Part shown: in pieces, positions 20,701-33,200 of the stretch
Layout: the number at the start of each line of letters is the position of its first letter
Numbering within the stretch: position 1 is the first letter of the stretch
Source: Azolla caroliniana
Taxonomy: Eukaryota; Plantae; Polypodiophyta
DNA: 64,000 bases
Direction: 5' to 3'
Assembly (NCBI GenBank): GCA_043228905.1
Contig: JBHGNT010000004.1
Location: 20,646,001-20,710,000, forward strand
Translations under genes and position numbers: made by a program
The notes under the pieces: model-generated
Told to the model about the DNA's origin: nothing
The model's input: the letters and a program-made list of their open reading frames with translations, nothing else
The model's database searches: none

Positions 20701-21649
20701 GGACCTTCTACGACGTCTCTGTCGTCTTGGACGGATACCTTTTCACCAATTGTTTTCTGTTGGCTCAATGAATATACGGAGCCTACCGTAAGTCAGTTGT
20801 TTGCCTGATCATAGTGCCTGTGGCACTTCGAACCTGATTGCTCTTGACAGCGCCAGATTTATCGGGTATACTATTGTTTGCAATGCTTCTGCCCAGAATT
20901 CCAACTTCAATCTAACTTGTTGGAGCATTGTCATCACCCTCTCCTAAATCGTTCTGCCACTCCATTTTGCATGGGTGTGTAGGGAACGGTCTTTTGATGT
21001 TAGATCCCTTTGTCGGGCAGGTACTATTTGAAGGCTCTGGAGGTGTACTCACCTCCATTGTCAGATCGAAGTGTCTTCACACTGTATCCCGACTGGTTTT
21101 CCACTTCAGATATCCATCGAGTGAAGACCTCGAGCGCTTTGTCTTTGGACTTGATGGAGTACGCCCAAACTTTCCGTGTACAGTCATCTACGGATGTGAT
21201 GAAGTATCGGGAGCCTCCTAGTGATCGCTTTGGCATGGGCCCACATATGCATGTGTGCACAAGCTCTAGGGGTTGTTGTACCGTCTCATAATGGAGAGAG
21301 TGCGGACTTCGGGTTTGTTTCCCATATCAACAATGCTCACAGAAGTTTGTCTTCGCTTGGAGTTTCGGGATGTAGCCGACCGACATCAGTCGATCAAGTC
21401 CGGCTTGAGACATATGGTTGAGTCGGCCATGCCATAAGTTTGGGCCGGTCTTCTCGGCTACGTTCACAACCCCGTCTGGATTGATCGCCATCATTGGGTA
21501 CAAGTTATTGTACTTGTGCCCGCCTCCTATCTTCAGGTTTCCTCGGTTGATCATCCATACTGACTCACTTAGAGTCATTTTGTACCCGTCTTCGGCTATC
21601 ATGCCGATTGGAGACCAAATTCTACAAAGTGTGATTAGATGGAGAAACT

Positions 21650-22010
21650 CATGGCAACATTACTCCTTAACCATGGAATGCATAACTGATTTATCATCAA
21701 CCTGGGGTCCCATTCATCAATTCACTTTGTAAAGCTTGTTACATAACATGTTCAAAATGCCACCATGGAATGCATAACTCATTCATTATTAGTATTGGGT
21801 CCCATTTGTCGATTGACCTTATAAAGAGTGTTACACAATATATGCAAAAAGGCAAGGATTACTTCTTATCATGATAATTCATCTATATTGTTTAGTATTG
21901 CTTCCTATCGTGATAATTCATCCCATTTGTTGATTGACCTTATAAAGAATGTTAACACAATATGTGCAAAAAGCCAAGGATTTACTTCTTATCATGATAA
22001 TCATCTATAA
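21650..22010. repeat. Degenerate direct repeats of ~110-120 bp
   Basis: CCATGGAATGCATAACT at ~21671 and 21763; CCCATTTGT.GATTGACCTTATAAAGA at ~21801 and 21922; GGATT(T)ACTTCTTATCATGATAAT at ~21856 and 21978. Confidence 0.7.
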
Positions 22011-22194
22011 TATTAAGTGTAGATCAAACTCATCTACATGGATAATGGGTTGAACTTATATATACACCTACAAGCCCAAGGATAGAGCAAACTTATGAAA
22101 TATTGGTTAAATAAGTAGGGTGAGGAGGAATATATAAGTATACAATACTATAGACTCCATTTTGATGTTCATTCCCAAAATTGACCAAGAAGCA

Positions 22195-22360
22195 AAAGGT
22201 GTGGAACAACGATTCGAACTCTACACCTTTTCAACCGAAGGGATAGCTCTAGTTATTCTCTTTTAATCATTATTATCTTCATTTAAAGATGTGCAACAAG
22301 AGATTCAAACTCTACACCTTTTTAGCCCAAGGAATGGTTGTAGTCACTAGGCTATTCTCT
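22195..22360 (-). repeat. Two adjacent tRNA-derived (SINE-head-like) remnants
   Basis: Minus strand TAGCCTAGTGA (A-box-like) and GAGTTTGAATC / GAGTTCGAATC (B-box). Duplicated units at ~22198-22270 and ~22290-22370. Confidence 0.5.
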
Positions 22361-22651
22361 TTTAATCACTATGATCTTAGTTTATCTCTTTCTTGCCTTT
22401 ATATGGAGACAGATAAACTGTGGTGGTGGTCAAAGTAGGGCGCTTTGTTTTTTTATCCAGATCGGACGATGCAGATCGATCGCATGCACCCTTAGCTAAG
22501 CGCCTTGCATTGTCCACGGTCGTCGATTCCCTCGCCAACCCTCTTTATGATTTGGTAGCCAATAGACACAAGTATATGCATATACATACATACATACATA
22601 CATACATACATACATACATCATATATACATACATATATATGTGTGTGTGTG

Positions 22652-23105
22652 TGTTAGAGTGATGATCTAATGTAAGCATATGCAAAGGATATAAGATATA
22701 TGAAATAAGAAAGGAGAGAGAAGGAAGGGTGTCGATCCACCTGACCACCCCCGAGCGAAGGGATCGAGATGGACTCGAGCCTCGATCGGCGTCCCATACC
22801 ACTGTCGTGGCGTCGAGTCGTACCTGGTGATGGCACACTCGCTACAAGAGTTGACCCACCACAAGAACAAAGTCTCGATGTAGTCCAGAGATCATAAAAT
22901 AAGGGTAGCTAGGCCTCATATTTATAGCGAGACCCAAGGCCCCCAGGCAAGTTCACACTTGGCCTAATGGGTTGTCTCAATCCCGAGGATTAAAAGTAAT
23001 CCTCCCCTTCTTTACACTCTCGTTTAACCCTCACACTTTATCCACGTGTATAGAATACTATGGTAAATTCTCACCACGGGATATTATATGGTCATGCCCG
23101 TAACA
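22652..23105 (-). mobile_element. Solo LTR (454 bp) inserted in a (TG)n/(TACA)n microsatellite
   Basis: TGTTA...TAACA termini, flanks GTGTG and ATGTG, and a TATA box on minus (TATTTATAG on + at ~22919). Confidence 0.65.
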
Positions 23106-23368
23106 ATGTGTATGTGTGTAGATATTGGAAACAAGCCACAAGCATACATTTGTAATTTGTGATAATAATAAAAAAGAGCACAAATCTCTGTGTCTTGTCT
23201 CTAAGGGGGGGAAAGAAAAAAAGCACACACCGCCCACTGATTTCTTTCAGTTCTCTTTTTCTCATTCAATTTACTCTGTTTTGGCTCTGATCTGGTTTGC
23301 TCCAACTAAGGCAATTAACCACACACACACACAAAAAAAAAGAAAACCCTAAATTTGCCCATATCTTT

Positions 23369-23412
<44 letters not shown>

Positions 23413-24282
23413 TCCGGCCTGTCTCTCCCGCTTTTCACACCCCCTTAGAACCATTTCACACTCTCTGCGCACGAATCCTTCTCTTTTGTTTTCTTTTTGT
23501 ATTCCATTTCCTGCTGTTCTTCTCATTTGTCTTGCCGTCTCTTTCATCTTTTTGTAGCCCTAGGTACTTTTAATACTTCTTTGCTGAAGGGCATTTTAGA
23601 AGGAGGGGTTGGGAGGGTGTTGCTTTTTTTTCGTTCATTTTATTTCTATATCTATTTTAATTCCCTCTGTTGTTGATGATCCATATCCTTTTGTTCTTTC
23701 TCCTTTCAAGAAAAACACTAACAGGAAGAAAGAAGTTGCCCCAACAAGGGCCTCAAAAAATGAAGGCCTTCAATATATTCTCAAAGAGTCATACATTTGA
23801 TTGCAACAGAGATGTATATGTTATAAACTTATATATATGTAGACATATAGAAAACATATGACCGAGTAGTGCAACCAAAACATACAAATCTTGCTAAATA
23901 AGGTAGGATAAGTGTATGTATGTATATATATATATATCATAACAGAGCTTTTTCTAAGGACTGTTTTTTGTGTCTTAATAAATAAAGGAAATCTCTAAAG
24001 ACTTGGCTGAAATCAAAGCAGTGAAGATGATGATATAGGATACGGAAAAAACTTAAAAACAAAAGAGTATTTTCGTTTATCATCTGCTGCTCATTACTAA
24101 TGCATGAACCAAGTGAAGTGGTAGAAACAAATATTCTAGTTATGTGAGGGATGTTAGCATAGCATCGAAATTTGATGTAAAAAAGAAAAGGAAAAATATA
24201 AGGCGATCATATTCCTCATTGAAAGAATAGGTTTTGCTATTATTATTTTCTTCATTATTTATCTATTTCAAATACATATATA

Positions 24283-27200
24283 ATGGCAACCCTATCAGCA
24301 TCTACACCTAATACTATTCAAGGTACATCATCACAACGCCAGCAATGTGTTGATGTCAACGTGAAACGTTCGCGGCCCAAGAGTGTTACATGGGCAGACA
24401 ATGATAAATTGAATCAGGTTGGCTATTTCAGTTTGCTTATGTCAATCATCACTTACTGTTTACCTTGTTTTTCATAGCTTCAAAATTGAATGGGGGCTTA
24501 TTTGTGTTTTATCTTAAGTGCTAAAATTGAATCAATTCTGGTTTATCTTTCTTTTGGGGATCTGGAACTTCTGTTTTTTTTATTCTTCAACTGGCAATAA
24601 TCTGTTTTCGATTCCTCATTTCATTGCTTAAAGTGATAATTGTTTTGGGACTCTTCAGCTTAAATTGTATTAGTTTTTTCAACTCTATCTTGATGGGGGG
24701 GGGTTGTGACTTTTGATGATCACTGTTTTATTGAATTTTGCATTTAATTTATGCATTTGAATTCTCTATGTAAGGTGATTTCTCTGTGTATATAACCTGT
24801 GATATCTATCCAGAAATGCAGTGGTGTGTCATTACTGTAAAGGAATACTTTATTTTGATCTTTATAGAGTTAACCTTAGAGCTAATTGTCATAATTGAAC
24901 ATGAATGGATGTAAAATTTGTTCCTTTTTGTCAGTTATCTCAAAATGCAGGACGGTTCTGGTGTCTTGTGGAAAAGTTTACTCTATCTTGTATACTGTTC
25001 TCTTTTCTATGATGATACTATGTTGTTTTTCCATTACTTTTAGACTTTAACGTTACTTTGAAGATGACATCATTTTTTGATGTGGCTATGTGAGCTATCA
25101 AGGGATATTGTTCATGATTGGAATTTGATTGGATCTGGAAATGACAAGCAGCTGTTTCAAAATGTCAGATTGTACAAGTTGCATTTATGGGTTATGATGT
25201 TGATGATGTCTGGATGAAGCTCCTTATAGAGGTGGAACATCTGAATGAAAGAAACAAGCTATAATATTCCTTATATAAAATTTACTATGATTCTAGATGT
25301 GCATTTGCCTTGATGGCTAATCTCATTCCTTATGTATATCTATTCCAGCCATTCCCATTTTGTGCCATGTGACCATGGAGAGATTAGAGAGTTTGGGAAT
25401 TGCTGGTAAAGTGTATGAAAGTGGGTATGCGCTCATAGGATCTGTTGCACCAAATGACCCCTTTCGGGGATCAAGGCTGATTCAACTGAAACATCTTCGA
25501 AAGCAAGAATGAGGCTGACCACTTTACTACTATTAACTATAACCAAGATCCAATTCTGTGTGGGGTTTTGAAGTAATTGCCCCTGTTTCATTACATATTT
25601 TCATTTTTGGTGCTCTCTTTGTCTACATCTAGGCATTAGGATTCTCAGTAAATGATTTGAACTGTTGATTGACATGGTTCACTTTCATAAAGGAAATGAT
25701 ACAGAGCTGAACTACCAAAAACTGATGCATAAAAAACTATAGGATATCCACTTTCATTGTCCACTATTTGCCTGTCCATTGTATTTTTTCCCCATTTCCA
25801 TCAGGATTGTGACACAATTGTTGTCCTAGTCTGCCCATATTTTCCATTAACTTGTTTGCTTTGTTGCCCAAACAACTACTTTTTATGGGTTTGTCAAATA
25901 GTCTGCGTCCAGTTTTTGGTTGGTTCTTAGAAAAACTCTCCTCATCAATGGATACTCATCATCATGATGGACTAATGCATGAAATATGTCTGTTTTTTCC
26001 TTTTTTACGTATAGATTTTATATTAATAACTGATTTGGTGCTTGCAATAGATTCGGCTGTTTGCAGCAGAGGATGCACCATCATTATCAGGATCAGTATT
26101 GCAAGAATTCTTGGAGGCTAAAAAGAGCAAATTTATGCATACATTGATTCCAGTCTCAGCACATGATCTGCCTCCAGGATTTGAAAGTATCACTACAAAG
26201 CGCACAAAGCTTGATATATCGGCTGTTCCGACAATGGTTACTCAAATACAGTGGCGCTGTCCCGAGAAGGTGGCTGAATATTGACAATACCAATGTGGTT
26301 GGATAGGACCTATTTTATATATATATATAGAGAGAGAGATATAGATATATGTTATTCTATACCTGATAAAAGTCGTAAAGGACATGTAAATGGATAAAAA
26401 TACTAGATGTAACAGGATGTTGCTTGGATAATTCATTTTCATTAATGTGGTTGAATTGTTTTTAATCCAAGATATATAAATATATTGTGTAGTTTCTATA
26501 TGATCCATCATGGCAAGTTGCTAGTGGCGATGAGAGCTCTGAAGGAGCTTCACAAGCACAAAGAGATGTGAGAGTACTTGAGGCATTTTATCCTCGCCTC
26601 ACAACAATTCCTGCTAGGTTATTTCTAACCCTCCACTTCATGTTATTGTAACATAATGTCTCTTATATCCTCCTTTTTTTTTTAGTTCTGTCGAGACACA
26701 GGAAATGCCAGCTCAACTCGATGAGTCACAGGTGCCGCTGATCCCAATAATACCAATAGAAGATGAAGAGGAAGGAGTAGGTGATGACTATACACTAGGT
26801 ATTTATTTTATATTTACATTTTTTAATGTAGGAGCCACTTCTAAACGAATGAAACATGAAATGATTGTTCTGGATGTTTATTTAGTCCTTTCAACCCTAT
26901 CTTTATCATAATGATTCATGTCTGATTTTGTTTTGCTACATCCATTATAGATGAGGCGGGCACTGGAATTGTCAAGCCTCTTTCTACTTCTCAAGACTTG
27001 GACATGAAAGTCTGTTTGAGCTATCCCCCTGGTTATTCGCCAAATAGGGAGAATCAATATTTGGATCAGCTTGGAGATCAACCACCATCAAGAACTTTAT
27101 CACCATCCTTGTCGGCAGAGGCACATTTTAACACTGACTTCAGTACAAGCTTTGTTAATAATGCTGATCCAGATGTTGCAGCCGCAGCTGCAGCCGCATA

Positions 27201-28011
27201 TGCTGTTCTCAAAGCTAAAGAGAGTGGAGCTTTAATTGATCAAGATCTCCTTATCAAGATTCTAAGCAACCCTCTTTTGGTCAAAACCTTGACTGCCTCA
27301 AACCCGAGCTTAAGCAACCAATTTGGGAATATCTTTGCAAGCACACCTTCATTCAGAGAGAGTGGTAATGGAAATGGTCTTAAAACGAGTCTCCAACCCT
27401 TTGAGGAGTATCTTACTCATATGATGCCAGGAAGACAATTAGAAGGAAAATCAATGCTGGGATTTTCAGTAAACCCAATGACGTCGCATGTGCGGGGGCT
27501 TAATGCTAATAGTAACACCCTACTGAATAGGGGGTTCCCTATGGGAGGGGGTCATGAACAAGTGAATACTAGCAAGGGAATGGTAGCATATGGGAGTCTT
27601 GGTCGGTCTTATTCATTTCCCCGACAAAACATGACTAGAGATCTCCAACAACATGGAATGGTATGTCCTGAACCTCCACAAATAAGACAAAATGGAGGAC
27701 CCTTATCTTTTGAAGAAGTGACCGTGGGGGAAAACGATAAGCTTGGCAATCCTCAACCATGGCTAGGAAATAGTAGCAGCAGCAGTAGTGTTAGTGTGTT
27801 ATCAACTACAAGAAATGCTCCTCTAAATAGGCCACCAACAGCCAAAAAGCAATGCTTCTTCTTTAATACTGCAAAAGGGTGCCGGAATGGCACATTTTGC
27901 AACTTCGTGCATGAAGTTTTGCCTGAGAAGCCCCCACATCTTGAGAGAACAAATTCAGATATTGAGCAAATACATGATTCCAAATTGGAAACTACTATGG
28001 GCACAATGTAG
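24283..28011 (+). CDS. CCCH zinc-finger protein, Arabidopsis C3H6 (AT1G19860)-like, with an N-terminal RVxF-type motif KSVTW
   Basis: GT-AG exons 24283-24417, 26051-26269, 26493-26617, 26686-26798 and 26951-28011 join in frame: KSVTWADNDKLNQ|IRLFAAEDAPS...LPPGFE...QIQWRCPEK|FLYDPSWQVASGDES...RVLEAFYP...DPDVAAAAAAAY...IDQDLLIKILSNP. C-terminal C-x8-C-x5-C-x3-H (CFFFNTAKGCRNGTFCNFVH). Confidence 0.88.
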
Positions 28012-29509
28012 GTGTGAAATGTGTATAGGATTGCTGTGCTACTAGAGTTGGTGAGCAAAGAAAAAGGAACAAATTCAGGAAGTAGACCAAATACAATATC
28101 TCAAGGCTGAAACTATGTCATATACCGTGCATTGTAATGCCACCTCAAAATGATCAAAGAGTGTTTTTTCTACTTCTTCCACATAACTAGGGGCCAATTA
28201 CCATTTGTGGCATCCAAAGAGTGGGGGATGGGATTTGAGCTTCTGACCATTGGTTTTGACATGGCAATGGCCCAAATCACTACGCTAATACTCTCTTTTG
28301 TGACCGCTTTTTTTTTCTATTTCTTTTGTGTAGCAATGATGGCTGATACACGTGCGTTTAGTTCCGGAAAAGTACTAGCTTTGTTTAACAGGATGTGTCA
28401 TAATGTTACATGTTCAGATGATAATTAGATAGTACTCAGGATTTTGGTAAAGCTGCTCATAACCTTATGGTGGTGATAAACAAATCAATTGTAAGAGGGA
28501 ATCGATTACTCATCCTAAATCTCGGCTTCAACCTTTGGCCATGAAATAGCATCATTATGCAGATATGTTTTCCAAATCATGAGGGATTCAAGACATACAC
28601 AACTTTAAAAGAAAATATAGTGCAATGAGGAAATCTGAAATCTTAGGGCTTTGTGATTATGCATTCTTTAGCATAACATTGAGGTAGCTCACATGGTGAC
28701 CAATCCACGTGAGGGCCGGCATAACCATCATATTGGGATGCTTTTTAGAGCTTGAAATTATCTTGAGACAATGGAACTTGAAACAGGATTTTGGAAGTTT
28801 GATGAGTATATTGTGTACATGTGTATGTAGTGATATATGGGGATTAAGAGCAAATGTTTACAAATGAAAGCAATCAAAATCCACGCAAAAGTTATCTTGA
28901 AATTACTCACATTTGTTCAAAATCTTTCAAGCTTCTCCCAAAATCCCCTTTAATGTTAGGACTGCAATGTTTTTATAAGAATTAGTGTATTTCCCACTAA
29001 ACATGAGCCACTAATTTAAGAGATGGTAAATTAATTATACATAAAATTGTGGAACTATATATGTTCATAATATAGTTGTCAATGGCAATTTGTTAAATCA
29101 AATCAGTCCTTGACAAGCTCATAATTGTAGTTCCATTAAATTGTTTGGAATTTAATCCAATCTCCTTAGTGTGCTCTTCCAAGCTCATCTTGGCAAGGAG
29201 TTCCTCAATAATTACTTATAATTTAGGTAAGTTGTACATGTCCATCCTTAGTATGTGAACCTTGATAGCCCAACTGCAGGATTCAAAATTAGATGGCTAT
29301 GAAACACTGCTTGAGGGATTACAATAGTCAACTTGGTGTCTAGACCATGGAGTTAAAAATAATCGGGACTCTATTTTGTCATAAATGAAGATGAGCTTGT
29401 TCAACTCGAATCGAACAATTCTGGAGAATCAAGGTGGGATAAATTTGATTCAAATGTATACAGACATTGAGCATGGGTGAAAACGAGTGCATCTTTCTTC
29501 TCATCACCA

Positions 29510-29689
29510 TTACACGCACACATGCGCGCGCGCGCACACACACACACACATACAAAGAGATAGGCAAACAGATATACATACATACAAACAGACAAACAGA
29601 CAGATGTACGTAAGTACATAGTACATACATATACCTAAACACATTACATATATTACATACATAAGTACGTACATACATACGTACATACA

Positions 29690-29720
<31 letters not shown>

Positions 29721-29740
29721 GTAGTACGTACATACATACT
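29510..29740. repeat. Compound microsatellite (CG)n(CA)n and (TACA)n
   Basis: Directly visible runs. Confidence 0.9.
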
Positions 29741-29899
29741 CTGTTCCCATACTCTGCTACGAAGCTTCAGAAAGAAACGTGGATCTTGGTCACAGGTTTC
29801 TACGAAAACTGTCGGATCTAAAACATGAAATCCTAACATCAAAAGTAGATTGCTGGTGACAGATTTCTAAACCACAAATCTATAAAGCGCGCTATGTCC

Positions 29900-30195
29900 T
29901 GAACACGAGACACTGAAAACAAAACCTTAAAACTCTAAATCCTAAGCCGTAATCATGTAGGCAGTAAACCATAAACCCCTCGCCCCACAAATCCAATCAT
30001 GCTTAGACGCTAAATCCTAAATATGAGACACTAAAATCTAAATCTTGTATGCTAATCTCTAACCCTTGACCCCCTAAATCGTCTAACAATAAACCTTAAA
30101 CTCTACGCACGCATCCTTTGAGACCTGAAGCAATTAAGACTCTAATCCATTAACCCTAAAACTCCAAACGATAGACACAAGAAACTAAACTTTAA
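29900..30195 (+). repeat. Degenerate telomere-like (CCCTAAA) tract upstream of the PPR gene
   Basis: Many imperfect units: AAACCTTAAA, ACTCTAAA, TCCTAAA, CCCCTAAA, AACCCTAAAA. Confidence 0.6.
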
Positions 30196-30242
30196 TTAAG
30201 TGAAATGCTGTCAATGGCTGAAGTGAAAAGAGTTGCAATTCC

Positions 30243-33200
30243 ATGATGCCCCCCATAATGGCCTATAATTTTGTGAAGATGCTTCAAGATTGTCGGAAGA
30301 AGAAGAATTCAGCATTTGCGCTAAGATCCCATTCAGAGATGTGTTCTAATGGCCTTGAAGTTCACCCAGCCATTGGAAACTACCTAGTGCCAATGTTTGT
30401 AGATTGTGGAAGCTTAACTGATGCTGAAAGAGTGTTTCTCAAGCTTATTCAGCGCAATGAACAATCTTGGACGTCTCTTATTCGAGGTTTCACTGAATCA
30501 GGGAAGTGTTTGGATGCTTTTCATCTCTTTCACTCGATGCAGATGGATCAAGTTCCAGCCAGTGCCTTCACTTTTCGAGTTCTAATCAAAGCTTGTTCAC
30601 GCCTTCAAGCCCTCAAAGGAGGTCATTATATTCATATGGAAACTGTGAGGGAGTCATGTGAGAGTGATTCATTTGTAGGTAACACTTTGGTGGATATGTA
30701 TGCAAAATGTGGTTCCTTGGCTGATGCACAGGGTGTGTTTAATCAATTGGAGCATCGAGATGTGGTCTCATGGACGTCATTGATTGGAGGTTATCGTGAA
30801 GCTGGAGATAATGAAGAAGTACTCCGATGTTGGGACCAAATGCAACACGAAAAAGTGTTCCCAAATGTTGTCACTTATGCATCTGTATTGTTGAGCTGTG
30901 GAAGCACAGAGGCCCTCGATAAGGGATGTGAAATCCACAGGGATGCAGTGAAGAATGGGTTTGAACAAGATTCATTTGTTGGAAATGCATTGATTAATAT
31001 GTATGGAAAACACGGTGCTCTTCTAGAAGCAAAGGAAGTGCTTGAGGAGATGTTTGTCAAAGATGTAGTGTCATGGACTACATTGATTGCGGCATATGCT
31101 AAACATGGATTTTTCAATGATGCTCAGGAATGTTTGGTGCAGATGAAAGAAGGAGGAGTCTCACCAAATCTTGTTTGTTGGAATGCAGTTATTTCTGAAT
31201 ATGCCGAGCATGGGCTTGGGGAAGTAGCATTGCAATGTATGGAAAAGATGCAACAAGAAAGCATTTACCCAGACATCATTACCTTAACATCTATCACAAA
31301 GGCTTGTGGTAAAGCAAAATGCATCAGTAGAGGCCGAACCACACATTCTCAAATCATGAAAATGGGAAGCGAAAAAGAAACTTTTGTCGGAAATGCTTTG
31401 GTTGATATGTATGGAAAGTGTGGCTCATTAGATGAAGCTCGGGGAACATTTGATGGTCTGGAAGATAGAGATGTTATTTCATGGACATGTCTGATTTCAG
31501 GCAATGCTGAGAACGGGCTCATTGAAGAAGCTAATAATTGCTTGTCTGAGATGCAACAAAAGGGCATCCCAATAACTATCACCACATGGAATGCTGTTAT
31601 TGCTGCATTTGCTGAAGGACTTGGGGAAGAGGCGCTGAAGTGCTTCAAAAAACTCCGACTTGAAATGGGGGTGCCTCCGGATGAGGTCACATATACTTGC
31701 ACATTGAAGGCTTGTTGTAGAATTGGAGCAATTGATAGTGGTCGAGACATTCATGCAGAAGTTATTAATGTAGGATTTGAGAGTGATCCTTTTGTTGCAA
31801 GTAGCTTGATTGACATGTATGCAAAATGTGGTACCCTTGTAGAAGCTCAGGAAGTTTTTTCTAAGGTGCCTGTCAAAGATCCGGTCTTATGGAGCATACT
31901 GGTTATAGCTTATGCTGATCATGGGCTTGGTGAAGAAGTTGTGAAATGCATACAACAAATGCAACAGGATTGCATGGGTTTGAGCACATTGCCCATTCAC
32001 TCTTTGAAAGCTTGTGATAACATTGGAGACATTATGATGGGTCAGAGACTACATATACAGATGGTTAAACAAGGTCTGGAAGGAGACATAACAATCGGGA
32101 ACGTTCTTATCGCTATGTATGCGAACCATCTTTTATTTCTTGAGGCACATTCTACTTTGGATCATCTTTCTATGCATAGAGATGTGGCCTCTTGGAATGC
32201 ATTGATAGCAGCATATTCAGGTCAAAGAATTGGAAGTGAAGACATAAAGAAGTGTTTGAAAAGAATGGAGCTCGATGGTGTATCTCCGGATTCAACCACT
32301 CATGTTTGGAGTTTGAGATGTGCTGCTACCTTTGAAGCTCTTTGTTGGGGTCAGAAAATTCATTGCGAGATTGTAAAGGCTGGTTTCGAAACAGAATCTT
32401 CTACTTGTATTTCATTGGTAGAATTCTATGCAAATCATGGCTCTTTTGCCGAAGCTAATAATATAGCAAATCAACTCATCGTCTTTGATGATGTTGCATG
32501 GATGGCACTGTGTGTGGGTTATGAACAGAATAAACTTTTTAAGGAGACACTGGATTGCTTAAAGAAAATGCAACAGAAGGGGTTTTGCATGAAACCCAAC
32601 ATGTTTGTGATGGGCCTGAAAGCTTGTGGAGCCATAAAAGCCCTAGCTCAGGGCTATGAATTGCATTCTAACTTAGTCAAACATGGATTAGAAACACACT
32701 CTTTTATAGGCAATACAATGATCAATATGTATGCAAACTGTGGATCAATAGTAGAAGCTAGGGCAGTTTTTGATAATACTCTCTCTCAGAACTTGGTCTC
32801 GTGGAATGCACTAATAAAGGGGTATGCTGAGAATGGTCTTGGAGAAGAAGCACTAAATTGTTCTGTGAAGATGGAAACCGAAGGTGTGAAAATGGATGCT
32901 ATTACAATTGTTAGTGTCTTAAAAGTTTGTGGGAACCTTGGTATGGCTGAGAAAGGCCGAGAAAAACATATGAACTTGATCAAATATGGACTTGAAACAG
33001 AGTGTAATGCAAGTGCGGCTCTTATTGACATGTATGTGAAATGTGGTTTGCTGAAAGAAGCCTCAGAGGTCTTCAACCAGCTTATAGTTGGAGATGTGGT
33101 GTCATCGACGGCAATGATATCGGGATATGCATGCCAAGGAAAGGTTAAGAAAGTGTCGAGTTTGGTGAGTAGAATGAAAAGGAAAGGCATACAAGAAGAC

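Larger units (their letters stand above)
13529..21610 (-). mobile_element. Decayed Ty1/copia element: pol ~18730-21610; probable 3' LTR ~13529-18660 split by the nested element
   Basis: On minus in copia order: GAG-pre-integrase (LWHGRLNHMS...CEHC), integrase (YFITSVDDCTRKVW...VKTLRSDNGGEYTS), RT (PCKWVFRYK, YKARLVVKGF, QLDVKTAFLHGDLEEDIYM, LYVDDMLI) and RNase H (DSDYVGNMDNRKSTSGY, SWRSKLQ). Multiple frameshifts. LTR boundaries are approximate. Confidence 0.85.

Noticed and set aside
25375-25512. 45-codon ORF and small hairpin (CCCCTTTCGGGG) in intron 1 of the CCCH gene; possible micro-protein or snoRNA
   Set aside because: The length is within chance expectation, there is no recognisable homology and no convincing box C/D pair.
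29379-29842. ORFs with MYVC repeats (also 22545-22838 and 62863-63233)
   Set aside because: They are translations of (TACA)n/(CA)n microsatellites.
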